A stretch of DNA of 64,000 bases from a virus (lineage: Duplodnaviria > Heunggongvirae > Uroviricota > Caudoviricetes), in IMG/VR virus record IMGVR_UViG_3300020045_002497, positions 26,853 to 90,852 of that record, one strand, 5' to 3'. The notes under the pieces are model-generated. The model was not told where the DNA came from. It saw only the letters and a list, made by a program, of their open reading frames with translations, and searched no databases. Shown here piece by piece: positions 40,767 to 50,915 of this stretch. Numbering within the stretch: the first letter of the stretch is position 1; each line of letters starts with the position of its first letter. Both the position numbers and the translations under genes were made by a program.

Positions 40767-41563
40767 TAGTCAACTTTGATTTTCTTAGGTTTTAACTTTC
40801 CTTCTAATGCTAATCTAACAGCTTGGTTTTTTATTTCTGATAAGTAACCTACAACTTCATCAGTTGAGCCACCTAAAAGATCTTCACCATTATAGTAGTA
40901 AGTACCTTTCTTTTTAATAATATCTTTCTCCAATAAACTTTGTAATAAAGCTCTTACTGGAGTGTCTTTTGCTTTAGCTAATCTTATAAATTCTTTAAAG
41001 TCTTTTTTAACCTCTTTAAATAATTCAGTTTTAACCATAGTTTCAGACATTGAATCTACTCCTTTTTTACCATAAATTCTTAATAGACCTCTTCTTTCTT
41101 CGACTGTTGTATTATGGAAAGCTTCCATAGCTGCAAACTCGAATTCCATTTTAGCATCTTCAATTTTACTTGCTGCTTCTGGATCATATATGTAAAATAA
41201 AGCTGTAGAGTTTCCAACAACATCATGCTCTGTATTAGCAATCTTATCATGTTCCTGTAACATTCTAAACTTTAATTCATCATAAGCATTAACTATATTA
41301 AAAATAGTTAACTTATCATTTCTCAATCTTACTTCCATATCTCCCCAAAATTCAGAATTTCGTGGACTTAAAGTACCTTTTGGTAAGTTTAATTGTTTTT
41401 CATAATGTTCTTGGTCAGCTAAAGATAATCCAGTTTTATACAAACCATTTTGACTTAATTGAGCTCCACCAATAATAGTATGAGTTTTATTATAAAAAGA
41501 TTGACCTGAAAATTTATTACGTACGATAGGTCTAATAACGTACTGTTTAATTGATTCTTCCAT
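40766..41563 (-). CDS. hypothetical head-associated protein
   Basis: ORF track; directly downstream of the capsid candidate. Confidence 0.5.
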   Translation of the reverse strand: MEESIKQYVIRPIVRNKFSGQSFYNKTHTIIGGAQLSQNGLYKTGLSLADQEHYEKQLNLPKGTLSPRNSEFWGDMEVRLRNDKLTIFNIVNAYDELKFRMLQEHDKIANTEHDVVGNSTALFYIYDPEAASKIEDAKMEFEFAAMEAFHNTTVEERRGLLRIYGKKGVDSMSETMVKTELFKEVKKDFKEFIRLAKAKDTPVRALLQSLLEKDIIKKKGTYYYNGEDLLGGSTDEVVGYLSEIKNQAVRLALEGKLKPKKIKVD

Positions 41564-41589
41564 TGTTTAATAATTTGCCTTTATTAGTT

Positions 41590-41630
41590 TTAAAAAAAAG
41601 AGAGTGTTTAGGGATAAGGTACACTCTCTA
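41590..41630 (-). terminator. rho-independent terminator downstream of the capsid-protein candidate
   Basis: 9-bp stem agagagtgt / acactctct. A plus-strand A8 run gives a T-run after the hairpin on the minus strand. Confidence 0.55.
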
Positions 41631-41646
41631 AGAAACCTTATATTTA

Positions 41647-43098
41647 CTAGCTAATTGCTGATGCATCTAAAACTAATTGAGCAGCATCCGATGGATCTCT
41701 CAACATAATTCCACATTCACTCATAGCTTCAAATGTATAACCATCTCTTGAAGTTGCAGATGAACCATTTTTCTTAGGTCCGTAAGGACCATACATTCCT
41801 TCAATGTAAGTTGTTACCATCTCACGATCTTTAGAATATACTTTTTGAATATTTGGTTCTCCTTTATTGTAAGATTTAAAGTTTAAGAAAGTTGCTTTAT
41901 AAGACTCAGCTGGTTTACCAGTTTGAGGATTTAACAAACGATTTCTTACAGTATCGTTATAAGGTTTGTATTCTTTTAATGTAATAACATCTCCATTTAA
42001 ACCTGTATATTTAATAAACTGACCTTGTAATTCTAAATTTTGACCAGAACCGGCTACAAATTTAGAGTCAACTAAATTGAAAGCTGATGCTGAACGTTTC
42101 ATTGCTTGATCAAATAAGTTCATGAACTCACGACCACATAATGCAACATATTCACGAGGACCATCTTCAGTACCATTATATGCTAAATCTCCCATGAAAT
42201 CACGAATAGTTTTTTCAGTTAAAGTAGTATATAAACGTTTGTTACCTGGAGCAATTTGATTCTCTAAACCAGCACTAGAATAAATAGCATTACCTGATTT
42301 ACCTTTTAAATCTGTAGTACCATTAGCTTTAATATTTGATTCACCAAACATTAAGTTAATTTCAATCTCATCCATGAATTGCTTCCAAAATTCCCACTCA
42401 GCATATTTTACCCAAGTGTTAGTTTTTTCATTAGTTTCAGGATTTAACATTGAAATAACCATAACACGACTGTGAGCAGCACCAGTTACAGAATATTTTT
42501 TACGCAATGTAGACATAAAGTTTTCTAACTTCATCGGTGTTGCATAATGCGTTTCACCTGAAGTACTAGAATCATCATGTTCTACTAAGTTGTATTCTTT
42601 AGATACTTCTTTACCTATTGCTAATAAAGCACCTGGTACTGATTTAGTAATATCTGCAGTAACTAATTGACAGATTAAAATATAATCCATACCATCATAT
42701 TCTGGTTCAGAAATTACACGAGCTTTATACTCTGGGCTATCAAATAATAAAACATCACCTTCCGTAAACCATTTTTCACCTACACCAATTTTAAAAGTTG
42801 TAGCATTGATACCAATGTTAGTTGCTGTATCAAAAGCTGCTCTGGTGATAGAAATTGCTCTACGAGAATCTCCAATAATGTTCCATTGGTATTGAATACC
42901 ATTAATTTCTTTAGATTTACCCATTCCACCTGTTAAGAAAGAAAGAGCATTTTTATAACCATTTTGTTTGTTATAAATACGAGTAATAACTTGACTAGCG
43001 ATTGCTGGCTCAGTTAAGAAGAACGTTGACAAGTGAGAATCTTGAGTAAGACCTGCATGCCAGTTCATGTTTGTTATTTGTAATGGGCTAATTTGCAT
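41647..43098 (-). CDS. putative major capsid protein (483 aa)
   Basis: Size and its place after the portal and scaffold-like genes fit a capsid protein; a strong terminator follows. No sequence motif supports this, so it is positional inference. Confidence 0.45.
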   Translation of the reverse strand: MQISPLQITNMNWHAGLTQDSHLSTFFLTEPAIASQVITRIYNKQNGYKNALSFLTGGMGKSKEINGIQYQWNIIGDSRRAISITRAAFDTATNIGINATTFKIGVGEKWFTEGDVLLFDSPEYKARVISEPEYDGMDYILICQLVTADITKSVPGALLAIGKEVSKEYNLVEHDDSSTSGETHYATPMKLENFMSTLRKKYSVTGAAHSRVMVISMLNPETNEKTNTWVKYAEWEFWKQFMDEIEINLMFGESNIKANGTTDLKGKSGNAIYSSAGLENQIAPGNKRLYTTLTEKTIRDFMGDLAYNGTEDGPREYVALCGREFMNLFDQAMKRSASAFNLVDSKFVAGSGQNLELQGQFIKYTGLNGDVITLKEYKPYNDTVRNRLLNPQTGKPAESYKATFLNFKSYNKGEPNIQKVYSKDREMVTTYIEGMYGPYGPKKNGSSATSRDGYTFEAMSECGIMLRDPSDAAQLVLDASAIS

Positions 43099-43134
43099 TT
43101 TTAATTTATTATATTGTTAGTAATTATACTCTAA

Positions 43135-44283
43135 TTATAGTAAGCCATTATTTAATGCCTGCTTAAAAGCACTGAAGTTTCCTGTAGATCTCTCTTGACC
43201 AAATGAATCACTTTGTCCAGATTTCAATTTACTTCTTCCATCTTTAAAATTAGAAAGTTTACTTGCAAGTTCTGAATTAACTTTATTCTTCACTTCTTTT
43301 TCTAATTTTGTTAAATCCCAATCATTCATTGCTAAATAAGCATACATGTATTGAGCATTTTGATTAGTTTCATTATGCTTCTGTAATTCTGTTTTACCAG
43401 TTTTATCAGGTTTCATAATGTAATCCCAAAGTTTATCTTTTGTTTTGGGAGTTAATTTAAATCCTTGAATATCTTCTTTAGAATATAAATCTTCTTTAAA
43501 CTTATCGTATTGTTGCTTAGCTAAAAGTTTTTGCTCAGCATCATATTTCTTTTGAACTTCAACTAATTGCTCTTGATACCCTTTTTCTGCATTTTGTAAT
43601 TTAGTTAAAGCTGCTTTAGCTTTCTTTTCCAAAATACCAGAAACTTCATATGTATCTAAAGTTTCAGTAATCTCATCTTCATCTTCACCTTGAGCTTTTA
43701 AATACTCTTTTAAAACAGTTTTTGAGTCAGCCTCATCTTCTAATTTAAAATCAGCCCAAGAGCTTTGATTGTAGTAAAGATCTAAAAACTGTTTAGGATC
43801 TCCACCTGCTTCAACAAATTCTACAAGTTTATGAACATCTTCTGGTAAACTCTTTTTATAGTTTTCCACCTCACGCTCAACTGTAGAACTCATTAGTTTT
43901 TTTAAACCTTCTTCAGAATCCTCAAAGGTTTCCTCATCATAGTCTACTAAACCTTTATCACCTAACCAGCTTGCAAATACTTTGAGAGAAGAATCTTCTT
44001 GAGTATTTGTTTCTTCAGATTCAAATGAAGTAGTTTCTTTAACTTCTTTCTTTGGTTCTGCTTTAGATGTTTCCTTAGTTTCTTTTTTAACTTCTTCAAT
44101 TTCAGGTGTTTCATTAAGTGGTTCTACAACCTCTTCATCTTTAAACTCTGAATTTAAATCTTTATTACTTACAGAATGATCTTCCTTAAAATCATCTATA
44201 AATTCCATTTCAATTCCTTCACCAAAAGGTGTTTCAAGGATGTTAAATACCTTTTCAGGTGTACCTTCTTTTTCTTTACTCAT
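43135..44283 (-). CDS. acidic E/K-rich protein (scaffold-like)
   Basis: ORF track; highly acidic coiled-coil-like composition. Sits between the portal and capsid candidates. Confidence 0.4.
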   Translation of the reverse strand: MSKEKEGTPEKVFNILETPFGEGIEMEFIDDFKEDHSVSNKDLNSEFKDEEVVEPLNETPEIEEVKKETKETSKAEPKKEVKETTSFESEETNTQEDSSLKVFASWLGDKGLVDYDEETFEDSEEGLKKLMSSTVEREVENYKKSLPEDVHKLVEFVEAGGDPKQFLDLYYNQSSWADFKLEDEADSKTVLKEYLKAQGEDEDEITETLDTYEVSGILEKKAKAALTKLQNAEKGYQEQLVEVQKKYDAEQKLLAKQQYDKFKEDLYSKEDIQGFKLTPKTKDKLWDYIMKPDKTGKTELQKHNETNQNAQYMYAYLAMNDWDLTKLEKEVKNKVNSELASKLSNFKDGRSKLKSGQSDSFGQERSTGNFSAFKQALNNGLL

Positions 44284-44313
44284 GTTTGCCTTATTAGTAA
44301 TATACTATAAATA

Positions 44314-44329
44314 TAACTGTTTTGGTTAT
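44314..44329 (-). promoter_or_regulatory. promoter-like repeat ACTATAAATATAACTG (minus-strand CAGTTATATTTATAGT, containing TAnnTTT(A/G))
   Basis: The identical 16-mer occurs again at 51616..51631, directly upstream of another minus-strand gene. It resembles the Bacteroidota -7 element TAnnTTTG. Confidence 0.35.
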
Positions 44330-44384
44330 TGTTTGCAAGCTCTAAAAATCAGACAGTTAACTAACCTTCTATAGCTTTAATACA

Positions 44385-46961
44385 TTATTTTGTTTTAGAT
44401 GCTTTAGCTCTAGCTGCTGCAATTTTCATTTTTTCAACTTCAAGCTTATTTTTCATTTCTTTCTCTTTAAGTTGATGATCTCTCTTCTGCATTAATTCTT
44501 GAGATTTATTTTGAACTTCAATAGCTCTAATTTTTTTATTTTCTAACTCATTCTTCATTTTAATCTCTTTATCCTTTTGAGCTAATACTGCATCATGTTT
44601 CTTTTTATCATGACCAAGTTTAGATTGCTCTAAAAATTGCTTAGAAGATAATTCTTGTTGTTTTAAAGCGTTAGCTGCAATTTCAGATGGATCGGGAATA
44701 CCATTAGCATTTTGGTCCAAGTTTTCTTGTCTAGCAAACACACCAATCTCAGCAACTTGAATCTTAGTTTCATTATTAAGTTCTGCAATATATCTTTCTT
44801 GATCAAGTTTTAAATGATCTAATTCAACTTGTTCAGCATGCATTTGTTGTTGCATTTGCTCAACTTTCATTTCATGTTCTTGTTGAGCTTTACCTTGGTC
44901 AGCTTGACGTTGATAAAATTCTTCTTCTTTACGTTGTAATAATCTAACAATATCTCTAGGAGAATCATTCATTAATGTTTCTACAATAGCAGATAAATCT
45001 ACTTTCTCAGATTGTAAAGCTACTTGAACTAATTGATCTAACTTAGCTTTTAATTCAAGATCTTTAGAATTGTTAGTTACAAATACATTAAACTCTGAAG
45101 ATTCAAATTCATTTTCTTCTAAATTTAACATTTCTATACCCATGTCATCTAAAACATACTGAGCACTTAAACCTTTTTTATAAGCAATTTTAGCTACTTC
45201 AATCATAGCTGTGTAAGCTCTACGCTTAACTTCAGCATGAGCTTCATATAAATATTCAGTAATTAAAGAAGACTGGTTAACAGATCTTTCTACATTACCT
45301 ACTAATTCTGAATTATTAATGGCCCCTAAACGTTGAGGTGTAACACCAGATACAAAAGCAACTTGTTGCTTAATGTAATCTAACATGTTGATATATTGTT
45401 GAATAGATTGACTAAGACTTAAATCAATTGCCTGGAACTGATTAAACTTGTTGGCTAATTGTCCAGTAGCTTGACCTTTCTTACCTTCTTCAAAACTATT
45501 GATAAAGGCAATATTCATCTCTTTCAGATAGTACATCCATCTGTCTAAGTCGATTCCATGTTGCTCAGGAATTTGAGCTAAGTCCATAATGAACTTCTTA
45601 CCTTGATCAGAAGCAAATGCTATCTCTAATCTGTATGAAATAATATCATATAAATATTGGTAAGGTTTTAATCTATCTATTAAACTAACTGATTGTGAGT
45701 TAGTTGCTTCATAGATGAATCCTGTATAACCTAATCTACAGAAATAAGGATTATCTAATCTACGTCTTTGGTTAGCTTTAGGTTTGATTTCTGTATAAAT
45801 ATCAGTACCAATTTTAACACCTTCCCAAGCTTCATTAATCCAATACCATTCTACTTTAGCATCAGGATAAGCTTCTTTAAATATTCTGATATTAAATAAT
45901 TCATCTACAATTTCAGTGTTAAGTGTACCTTCCTCATCAGTCCAGGTAACATCACCTATCTTTTTCATAGACTTCCATTCAACTCTAGTTACTCTAATAG
46001 AATAGTTATTACTATTATTTCCATTATAAGCATTAGTTGGAGTAACACCTGTAAAAGTGTTTTCACCATTTCTTACTTCAAATTGAGGTTCAAATCCACC
46101 TGCTGTATTAAAAGAACCAAAGGTCCCTCTAGTATAATTTTCTAATTTATCAATATCTGCCTTAGAAAGACTATCACCATATTCATCTAAAATAGTATTA
46201 ATAGCTAACATTCTTTCTTCAACTACTGCTATTGCATCATCAATAAATGTAGTATCTCCATCAAGTATTACTGTTAAATTAACAGGGTTAACTCTACGCA
46301 TAGCAACTTCACTATTTTCAATACCAACCCAGTAAATTTCTTCACCTGCAATTAAAGCATCTTTCCATCCTTGACTAAATAATAATCTACTATTAAGTTT
46401 CTTTTTAAGAACTTTTAATATCTTATTAGCTTTAGACTCAATTATATCCGACGGTGTATATTTTTCGTGTTTAATGATTTCTTCCGGGGGAGGTGGTGGA
46501 TTATTAGGATCTGCATTAGGATCAATTTGATAAGCCAAACTTTGTTGTAAAGCTTGGAAAATCTTTTCTTTAATACCTGCAGTTTTTCTATTAATATCAT
46601 CTGGAGATTCTGTTACTACAATATGGTTATCTGGTCTTTTAGTTTCCTCACCAATAAGTAACCTAATTGGTTCAGATATAATATCATAATGCTGAAATCT
46701 AGCTGAAAAAGTACCTGAGTTACTAATCCCAAGTGGATCACATATTGCTTCAATATCTTTATGGTTAACTTTACCATTGTATAAATCATAATTAATTAAC
46801 TTTCTAAATCTATCAGAACGTAAATTACTACCATTAGTATATCTATAATTTGAATAATAATTAATGCAAGACTTACCCCATTCTTTGTCTTTACTAGACA
46901 TAGGTAATTTTTGTTGTGGTAAATTCTGACCGCCTAAATTGGCATATATATCTTGACTCAT
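44385..46961 (-). CDS. putative portal protein (858 aa) with C-terminal coiled-coil extension
   Basis: Immediately downstream of the terminase candidate; size fits; E/K/Q-rich C-terminus. Positional inference only. Confidence 0.5.
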   Translation of the reverse strand: MSQDIYANLGGQNLPQQKLPMSSKDKEWGKSCINYYSNYRYTNGSNLRSDRFRKLINYDLYNGKVNHKDIEAICDPLGISNSGTFSARFQHYDIISEPIRLLIGEETKRPDNHIVVTESPDDINRKTAGIKEKIFQALQQSLAYQIDPNADPNNPPPPPEEIIKHEKYTPSDIIESKANKILKVLKKKLNSRLLFSQGWKDALIAGEEIYWVGIENSEVAMRRVNPVNLTVILDGDTTFIDDAIAVVEERMLAINTILDEYGDSLSKADIDKLENYTRGTFGSFNTAGGFEPQFEVRNGENTFTGVTPTNAYNGNNSNNYSIRVTRVEWKSMKKIGDVTWTDEEGTLNTEIVDELFNIRIFKEAYPDAKVEWYWINEAWEGVKIGTDIYTEIKPKANQRRRLDNPYFCRLGYTGFIYEATNSQSVSLIDRLKPYQYLYDIISYRLEIAFASDQGKKFIMDLAQIPEQHGIDLDRWMYYLKEMNIAFINSFEEGKKGQATGQLANKFNQFQAIDLSLSQSIQQYINMLDYIKQQVAFVSGVTPQRLGAINNSELVGNVERSVNQSSLITEYLYEAHAEVKRRAYTAMIEVAKIAYKKGLSAQYVLDDMGIEMLNLEENEFESSEFNVFVTNNSKDLELKAKLDQLVQVALQSEKVDLSAIVETLMNDSPRDIVRLLQRKEEEFYQRQADQGKAQQEHEMKVEQMQQQMHAEQVELDHLKLDQERYIAELNNETKIQVAEIGVFARQENLDQNANGIPDPSEIAANALKQQELSSKQFLEQSKLGHDKKKHDAVLAQKDKEIKMKNELENKKIRAIEVQNKSQELMQKRDHQLKEKEMKNKLEVEKMKIAAARAKASKTK

Positions 46962-49051
46962 TAGTTTGTACTTGCGTTAAATTGGGAACTTTTCCCTTTA
47001 AATATAAGATTTTTTTTCCAGAGTTTATCTAGATAGGTTCTTGAAGAACTAGTTGTATTTGATAGCTCTTCTACATGTATTCTATGTAATTCGTATGTTT
47101 GTAATATACATAACATTACGGCAATAACTCTATCTGTATTTATTTCACGATCGTAAGCTATTGTTTCTTTTAATAAAGGGATAGATTTAATTGTTTTAAA
47201 TCTTGGTATTTTAACACCTTCTATTGGACTATCTACTTCCTCATAGAGCCATTTTTTATAATATAATTCACATTGATCTTTAATACCATTTGTTCCATTA
47301 CTACCTCTATTCATATGAATACCATACCCACGTTGTACTTTAGAATCTTTAACAATATCTCTAATAATACCTGGTTGTTCACATAAATATTGTAAAGCAT
47401 TTTTTTGTTCAAAATAAACTTTTAATCCTTTTAGTTGATTTTCATATAAACATTTTGCACTATAATAAATACATAATTTTCTACATACTTCATAGAAGTC
47501 TTCTGCGGTATTAGGTCTAGAAGTATATTCAGCTACAAGTTCATCACTAGTTCTATCTGCTCTATAAAATCTTTTATAAACAAAGAATGATCCTAATGAT
47601 CCTGATTCTGATTTATCTTGATCGTAAGGGTCACATCCTGCTATATAAAGATAATTAGGTATTTCACCATTTTCATATTTCTCTGGATGTTCCCAGATTA
47701 CTGCACAACTATCTGTAGAGAATGATTCTCCTGACTTAGGATCTTTTCTTAATGGAAAGTCTGTAATGTAATTTAACTCATCACTTGGCCTCCATTTAAC
47801 TACCCCATCATCAAAAAATAACTCACCTTTCTGAGCTTGACCTCTAAGACTAGGTGTATTTTCTAAAGTACCTAACCATTCTAGCATTTCTGGAGAACCA
47901 AAAACGTTACCTTTATTTCTTAAGAATGCTTCTTTCCAATTAGTAGGGAACTGAGTAGTAATATTATGAATTGCTTTAGGATCCAAACCATGTTTAGCTT
48001 TAGCTCTTAAGAATTCAATATCATCTTGAGCAGCTTCATAATTAGAGTTACCATCATCATCTACCATAGGTTTTCTATACCATTTAGATTCTGGATTAAG
48101 ACATAATCCTAACCTACCTTTTGTAGCAGAACTAAAGAATCCTATTCTAGCATTAGGATTAAATGGATCCTCAAAATCTAACATATTATACTTCTCGGGG
48201 TTAGTAAACATTTCATAGAAATACTTACTACCTGAATCCATATCACCTGATGAACCAAATACTAATGCTACACCGGTATAAGTAGAACCATCTTTAATCA
48301 AAGGTTCTGTATAACCATAAGTATCTGTAATATTATTAAATACACCGGCCTCATCTAATATTAACCAGGAAGCACTCAAACCTACGGCTGCAGTAGGGTT
48401 GTCTTTAAATGAAATAGCCCTAACTTCAGAGTTAAAACCCTTCCATACTTTAACACCACTTACTGTTGCCTGGTATCTGGCCTTAATAAAATCTTTAAGA
48501 TCAGGGTTACGTTGTTTCCTAAATTCTGTATTCGTGTTAATAAAGTTTGAATTATCAACAACCATGTTCATTGTATTCTGACTGAATGAACTAAAGAATG
48601 CTCCAATTACCGCTTTACTATCTGGATAGAAGTAGAATTCATGTGTACATATTGCTGCAGCTTTATAAGACCAACCTTGACGACGACCTTTTACTGCAAC
48701 TAAAGATTTCTGATTTAGTCTACAATATTCTACCATGTGGAAGAATTCGTAATCTAAATCTATAAACCTAGGAAAGATTTTAGATTTCTTTCCAGTCTTT
48801 TCATTAAGACCTAATATTGGACAGAAGTTTAAATAGAAGAAATGTTGACCTGTGATATGTTGACCACAAGAATTTGTAAATCCATTTAAACATTTATCTC
48901 TAACATCTTGCCAAAACTCAACATACTCTATAGTACCTGGAATAGAGTTAGTATATAATCCTGTTTTATTATATTGTTCAGCAAGATAAGAAAATTCCTT
49001 AGTTTTCTGAAAAAAATCTACACAGATTATATATTTATTGTCATTTAACAT
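46961..49051 (-). CDS. putative terminase large subunit (696 aa)
   Basis: Walker-B-like WLILDEAGVF; Asp-rich C-terminal region (IAGCDPYDQD) fits an RNase-H-like nuclease; size and its place directly upstream of the portal candidate. Confidence 0.55.
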   Translation of the reverse strand: MLNDNKYIICVDFFQKTKEFSYLAEQYNKTGLYTNSIPGTIEYVEFWQDVRDKCLNGFTNSCGQHITGQHFFYLNFCPILGLNEKTGKKSKIFPRFIDLDYEFFHMVEYCRLNQKSLVAVKGRRQGWSYKAAAICTHEFYFYPDSKAVIGAFFSSFSQNTMNMVVDNSNFINTNTEFRKQRNPDLKDFIKARYQATVSGVKVWKGFNSEVRAISFKDNPTAAVGLSASWLILDEAGVFNNITDTYGYTEPLIKDGSTYTGVALVFGSSGDMDSGSKYFYEMFTNPEKYNMLDFEDPFNPNARIGFFSSATKGRLGLCLNPESKWYRKPMVDDDGNSNYEAAQDDIEFLRAKAKHGLDPKAIHNITTQFPTNWKEAFLRNKGNVFGSPEMLEWLGTLENTPSLRGQAQKGELFFDDGVVKWRPSDELNYITDFPLRKDPKSGESFSTDSCAVIWEHPEKYENGEIPNYLYIAGCDPYDQDKSESGSLGSFFVYKRFYRADRTSDELVAEYTSRPNTAEDFYEVCRKLCIYYSAKCLYENQLKGLKVYFEQKNALQYLCEQPGIIRDIVKDSKVQRGYGIHMNRGSNGTNGIKDQCELYYKKWLYEEVDSPIEGVKIPRFKTIKSIPLLKETIAYDREINTDRVIAVMLCILQTYELHRIHVEELSNTTSSSRTYLDKLWKKNLIFKGKSSQFNASTN

Positions 49052-49293
49052 ACTAATGTATCGTGATATTTAAATTTTGCAGCTTTACCATTAATAAAAT
49101 TAGTTAATAAATGAGCTCTTTCTACTAAATCTTTTTTTTCTTCGAGATTTAAACCACTTAAATCTTCAGGTGTAGATTTTCTATAAATATCACATTCTAA
49201 TTTAAAATTAGAATCTCCTATTCTGCAATAATGTTTATCTACATCATTCCATGCTGATTTAAATTCTACTGTAATTGGTGTTGTATATTCCAT
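49045..49293 (-). CDS. hypothetical protein
   Basis: ORF track. Confidence 0.45.
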   Translation of the reverse strand: MEYTTPITVEFKSAWNDVDKHYCRIGDSNFKLECDIYRKSTPEDLSGLNLEEKKDLVERAHLLTNFINGKAAKFKYHDTLVC

Positions 49294-49305
49294 AATTATT
49301 TATAT

Positions 49306-49827
49306 TTATTGATTTTCAAACATTCCCAAAGTGTTGTTTCCACGAACAGTATCACCAGAACTTTGTTCCTTTTGACAATTATTTAATGCTGCTTGAATAG
49401 ACTCTTGCACTTTAGGCATTGCTATAATAGTATCAGTAATTTTTTTAATATTATCTTCATTATATTCTACAGTTTTAAAAAACTCTTCCATTTTATTAAT
49501 AGATTCTTGAACTGCTTTAAATAACTTCATAGATGGAGTAGTATGAATCTTTTCATAAATTGCTATACATTCTTCTAATTCTTTAGTTAATTTAAACTTA
49601 TCATCTTTAATAATATGATCTAATATTAACTTAGATCTATCAACATTACCATGTTGAAAGAATGGTGATTTAAATGAAGCAAAATACCAGGTATATTTAA
49701 TTACATTAAAGGCATAAGTCTTATCCTTAGATTTATCTTTCTCCCAAATAGATTTGAATGGTTCAATAACCAAACATTCTGGAGCTATAATAATCTTACT
49801 ATCTTTTAAATCAATTATTTTAATCAT
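49306..49827 (-). CDS. hypothetical protein (173 aa)
   Basis: ORF track. Confidence 0.45.
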   Translation of the reverse strand: MIKIIDLKDSKIIIAPECLVIEPFKSIWEKDKSKDKTYAFNVIKYTWYFASFKSPFFQHGNVDRSKLILDHIIKDDKFKLTKELEECIAIYEKIHTTPSMKLFKAVQESINKMEEFFKTVEYNEDNIKKITDTIIAMPKVQESIQAALNNCQKEQSSGDTVRGNNTLGMFENQ

Positions 49828-50213
49828 TTATTTATTTTATTATATTCCTTTTCAAAGAATTCAAATAGTTCTCCCATAAGATAACCATTTAAGTATGCAT
49901 ATGGTTCATTAGCCTTACCTCTATGAAAGAATATAGATTTATGTTCTAATATCTCTTGAATCAAATGAGAGATCTCATGTGAGATTGTATTCCAATATTT
50001 CTTTTTATCTGTATTACTAGAACTAATAATTATATAGAATATGTTTCTCTGTAATTTCTCAGAGTATTGATGATTACATAAGCCTAACCAAGTATCATCA
50101 GCATGTTCTATAATTCCATATTTTCTTTTAAGGGTTCTAAGTTGAGATTCAATAGAACCTACTCCTACAGAAACTAAAGCATCATATGGTTGAGCAATTA
50201 TTTGTTTATGCAT
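49824..50213 (-). CDS. small HExxH zinc-metallopeptidase-like protein
   Basis: TISHEISHLIQEILEH carries an HExxH motif with a downstream Glu. Confidence 0.45.
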   Translation of the reverse strand: MHKQIIAQPYDALVSVGVGSIESQLRTLKRKYGIIEHADDTWLGLCNHQYSEKLQRNIFYIIISSSNTDKKKYWNTISHEISHLIQEILEHKSIFFHRGKANEPYAYLNGYLMGELFEFFEKEYNKINK

Positions 50214-50485
50214 TATTTCCCTAATCCGTTAATAACAATTGGTGTAAAATATTGATCTCTTAATGTTTTATATGGATGATTAAATTTGTAAAATTCTCCA
50301 TCGTATTTACCAGTAGTAAATTTAGATTTAACTAATCCTTTAGAATTTACATGTTCTTCTATTTGGAGAGATTCTATTATAAACATTTTATGCTGAAATA
50401 CTCTCATAGGAATACGACTGGTAGTACAACCATTAAATTGTTCTGGTAAAGGATATTGAGATATGCATTCTAATTCTACTATCAT
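50213..50485 (-). CDS. hypothetical protein
   Basis: ORF track. Confidence 0.45.
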   Translation of the reverse strand: MIVELECISQYPLPEQFNGCTTSRIPMRVFQHKMFIIESLQIEEHVNSKGLVKSKFTTGKYDGEFYKFNHPYKTLRDQYFTPIVINGLGK

Positions 50486-50488
50486 AAT

Positions 50489-50689
50489 TTACCATTTAGA
50501 TTGGGGACACTTAGAATATTCTGAACGAGTTTTACTGATAAGTGGGCATTTACAAATGTTACAAACATTGTTTTTATTTTCTGGACATTCAGAACATATA
50601 ACAGCTCTATCAATTGCTATTTTTTCAATTCGAGGATTCTCCCAAATTACATTAGACCACCCCGATAAAATTTCTTTAAGCTTACTCAT
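50489..50689 (-). CDS. Zn-ribbon protein
   Basis: CSEC...CNIC.C...C cysteine clusters. Confidence 0.45.
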   Translation of the reverse strand: MSKLKEILSGWSNVIWENPRIEKIAIDRAVICSECPENKNNVCNICKCPLISKTRSEYSKCPQSKW

Positions 50690-50915
50690 CTTCTTTTAAT
50701 TTTAAACGTTCAACATAATCTCTATTGTGTACTGTAGGTCTAAACTTACCTAGGTAAATTAATTGAACTACTTTACCTTCTCTGTTAGACATGGTATCTC
50801 TAATTACTCTGAACTGGGAATCACATATCCTTTCCAATTCAATTTTAGACAAACCAAACTCACTCTTAATTTCATCCAATATTTCCTCATAGATATTACT
50901 TTTAGTTGAATTCAT
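50682..50915 (-). CDS. hypothetical protein
   Basis: ORF track. Confidence 0.45.
   Translation of the reverse strand: MNSTKSNIYEEILDEIKSEFGLSKIELERICDSQFRVIRDTMSNREGKVVQLIYLGKFRPTVHNRDYVERLKLKEDE

Noticed and set aside
48399-48581. 60-aa plus ORF inside the terminase candidate
   Set aside because: Antisense overlap.
50463-50699. 78-aa plus ORF antisense to the Zn-ribbon gene
   Set aside because: Antisense overlap; the minus-strand gene has the Cys motif and coupled start/stop.
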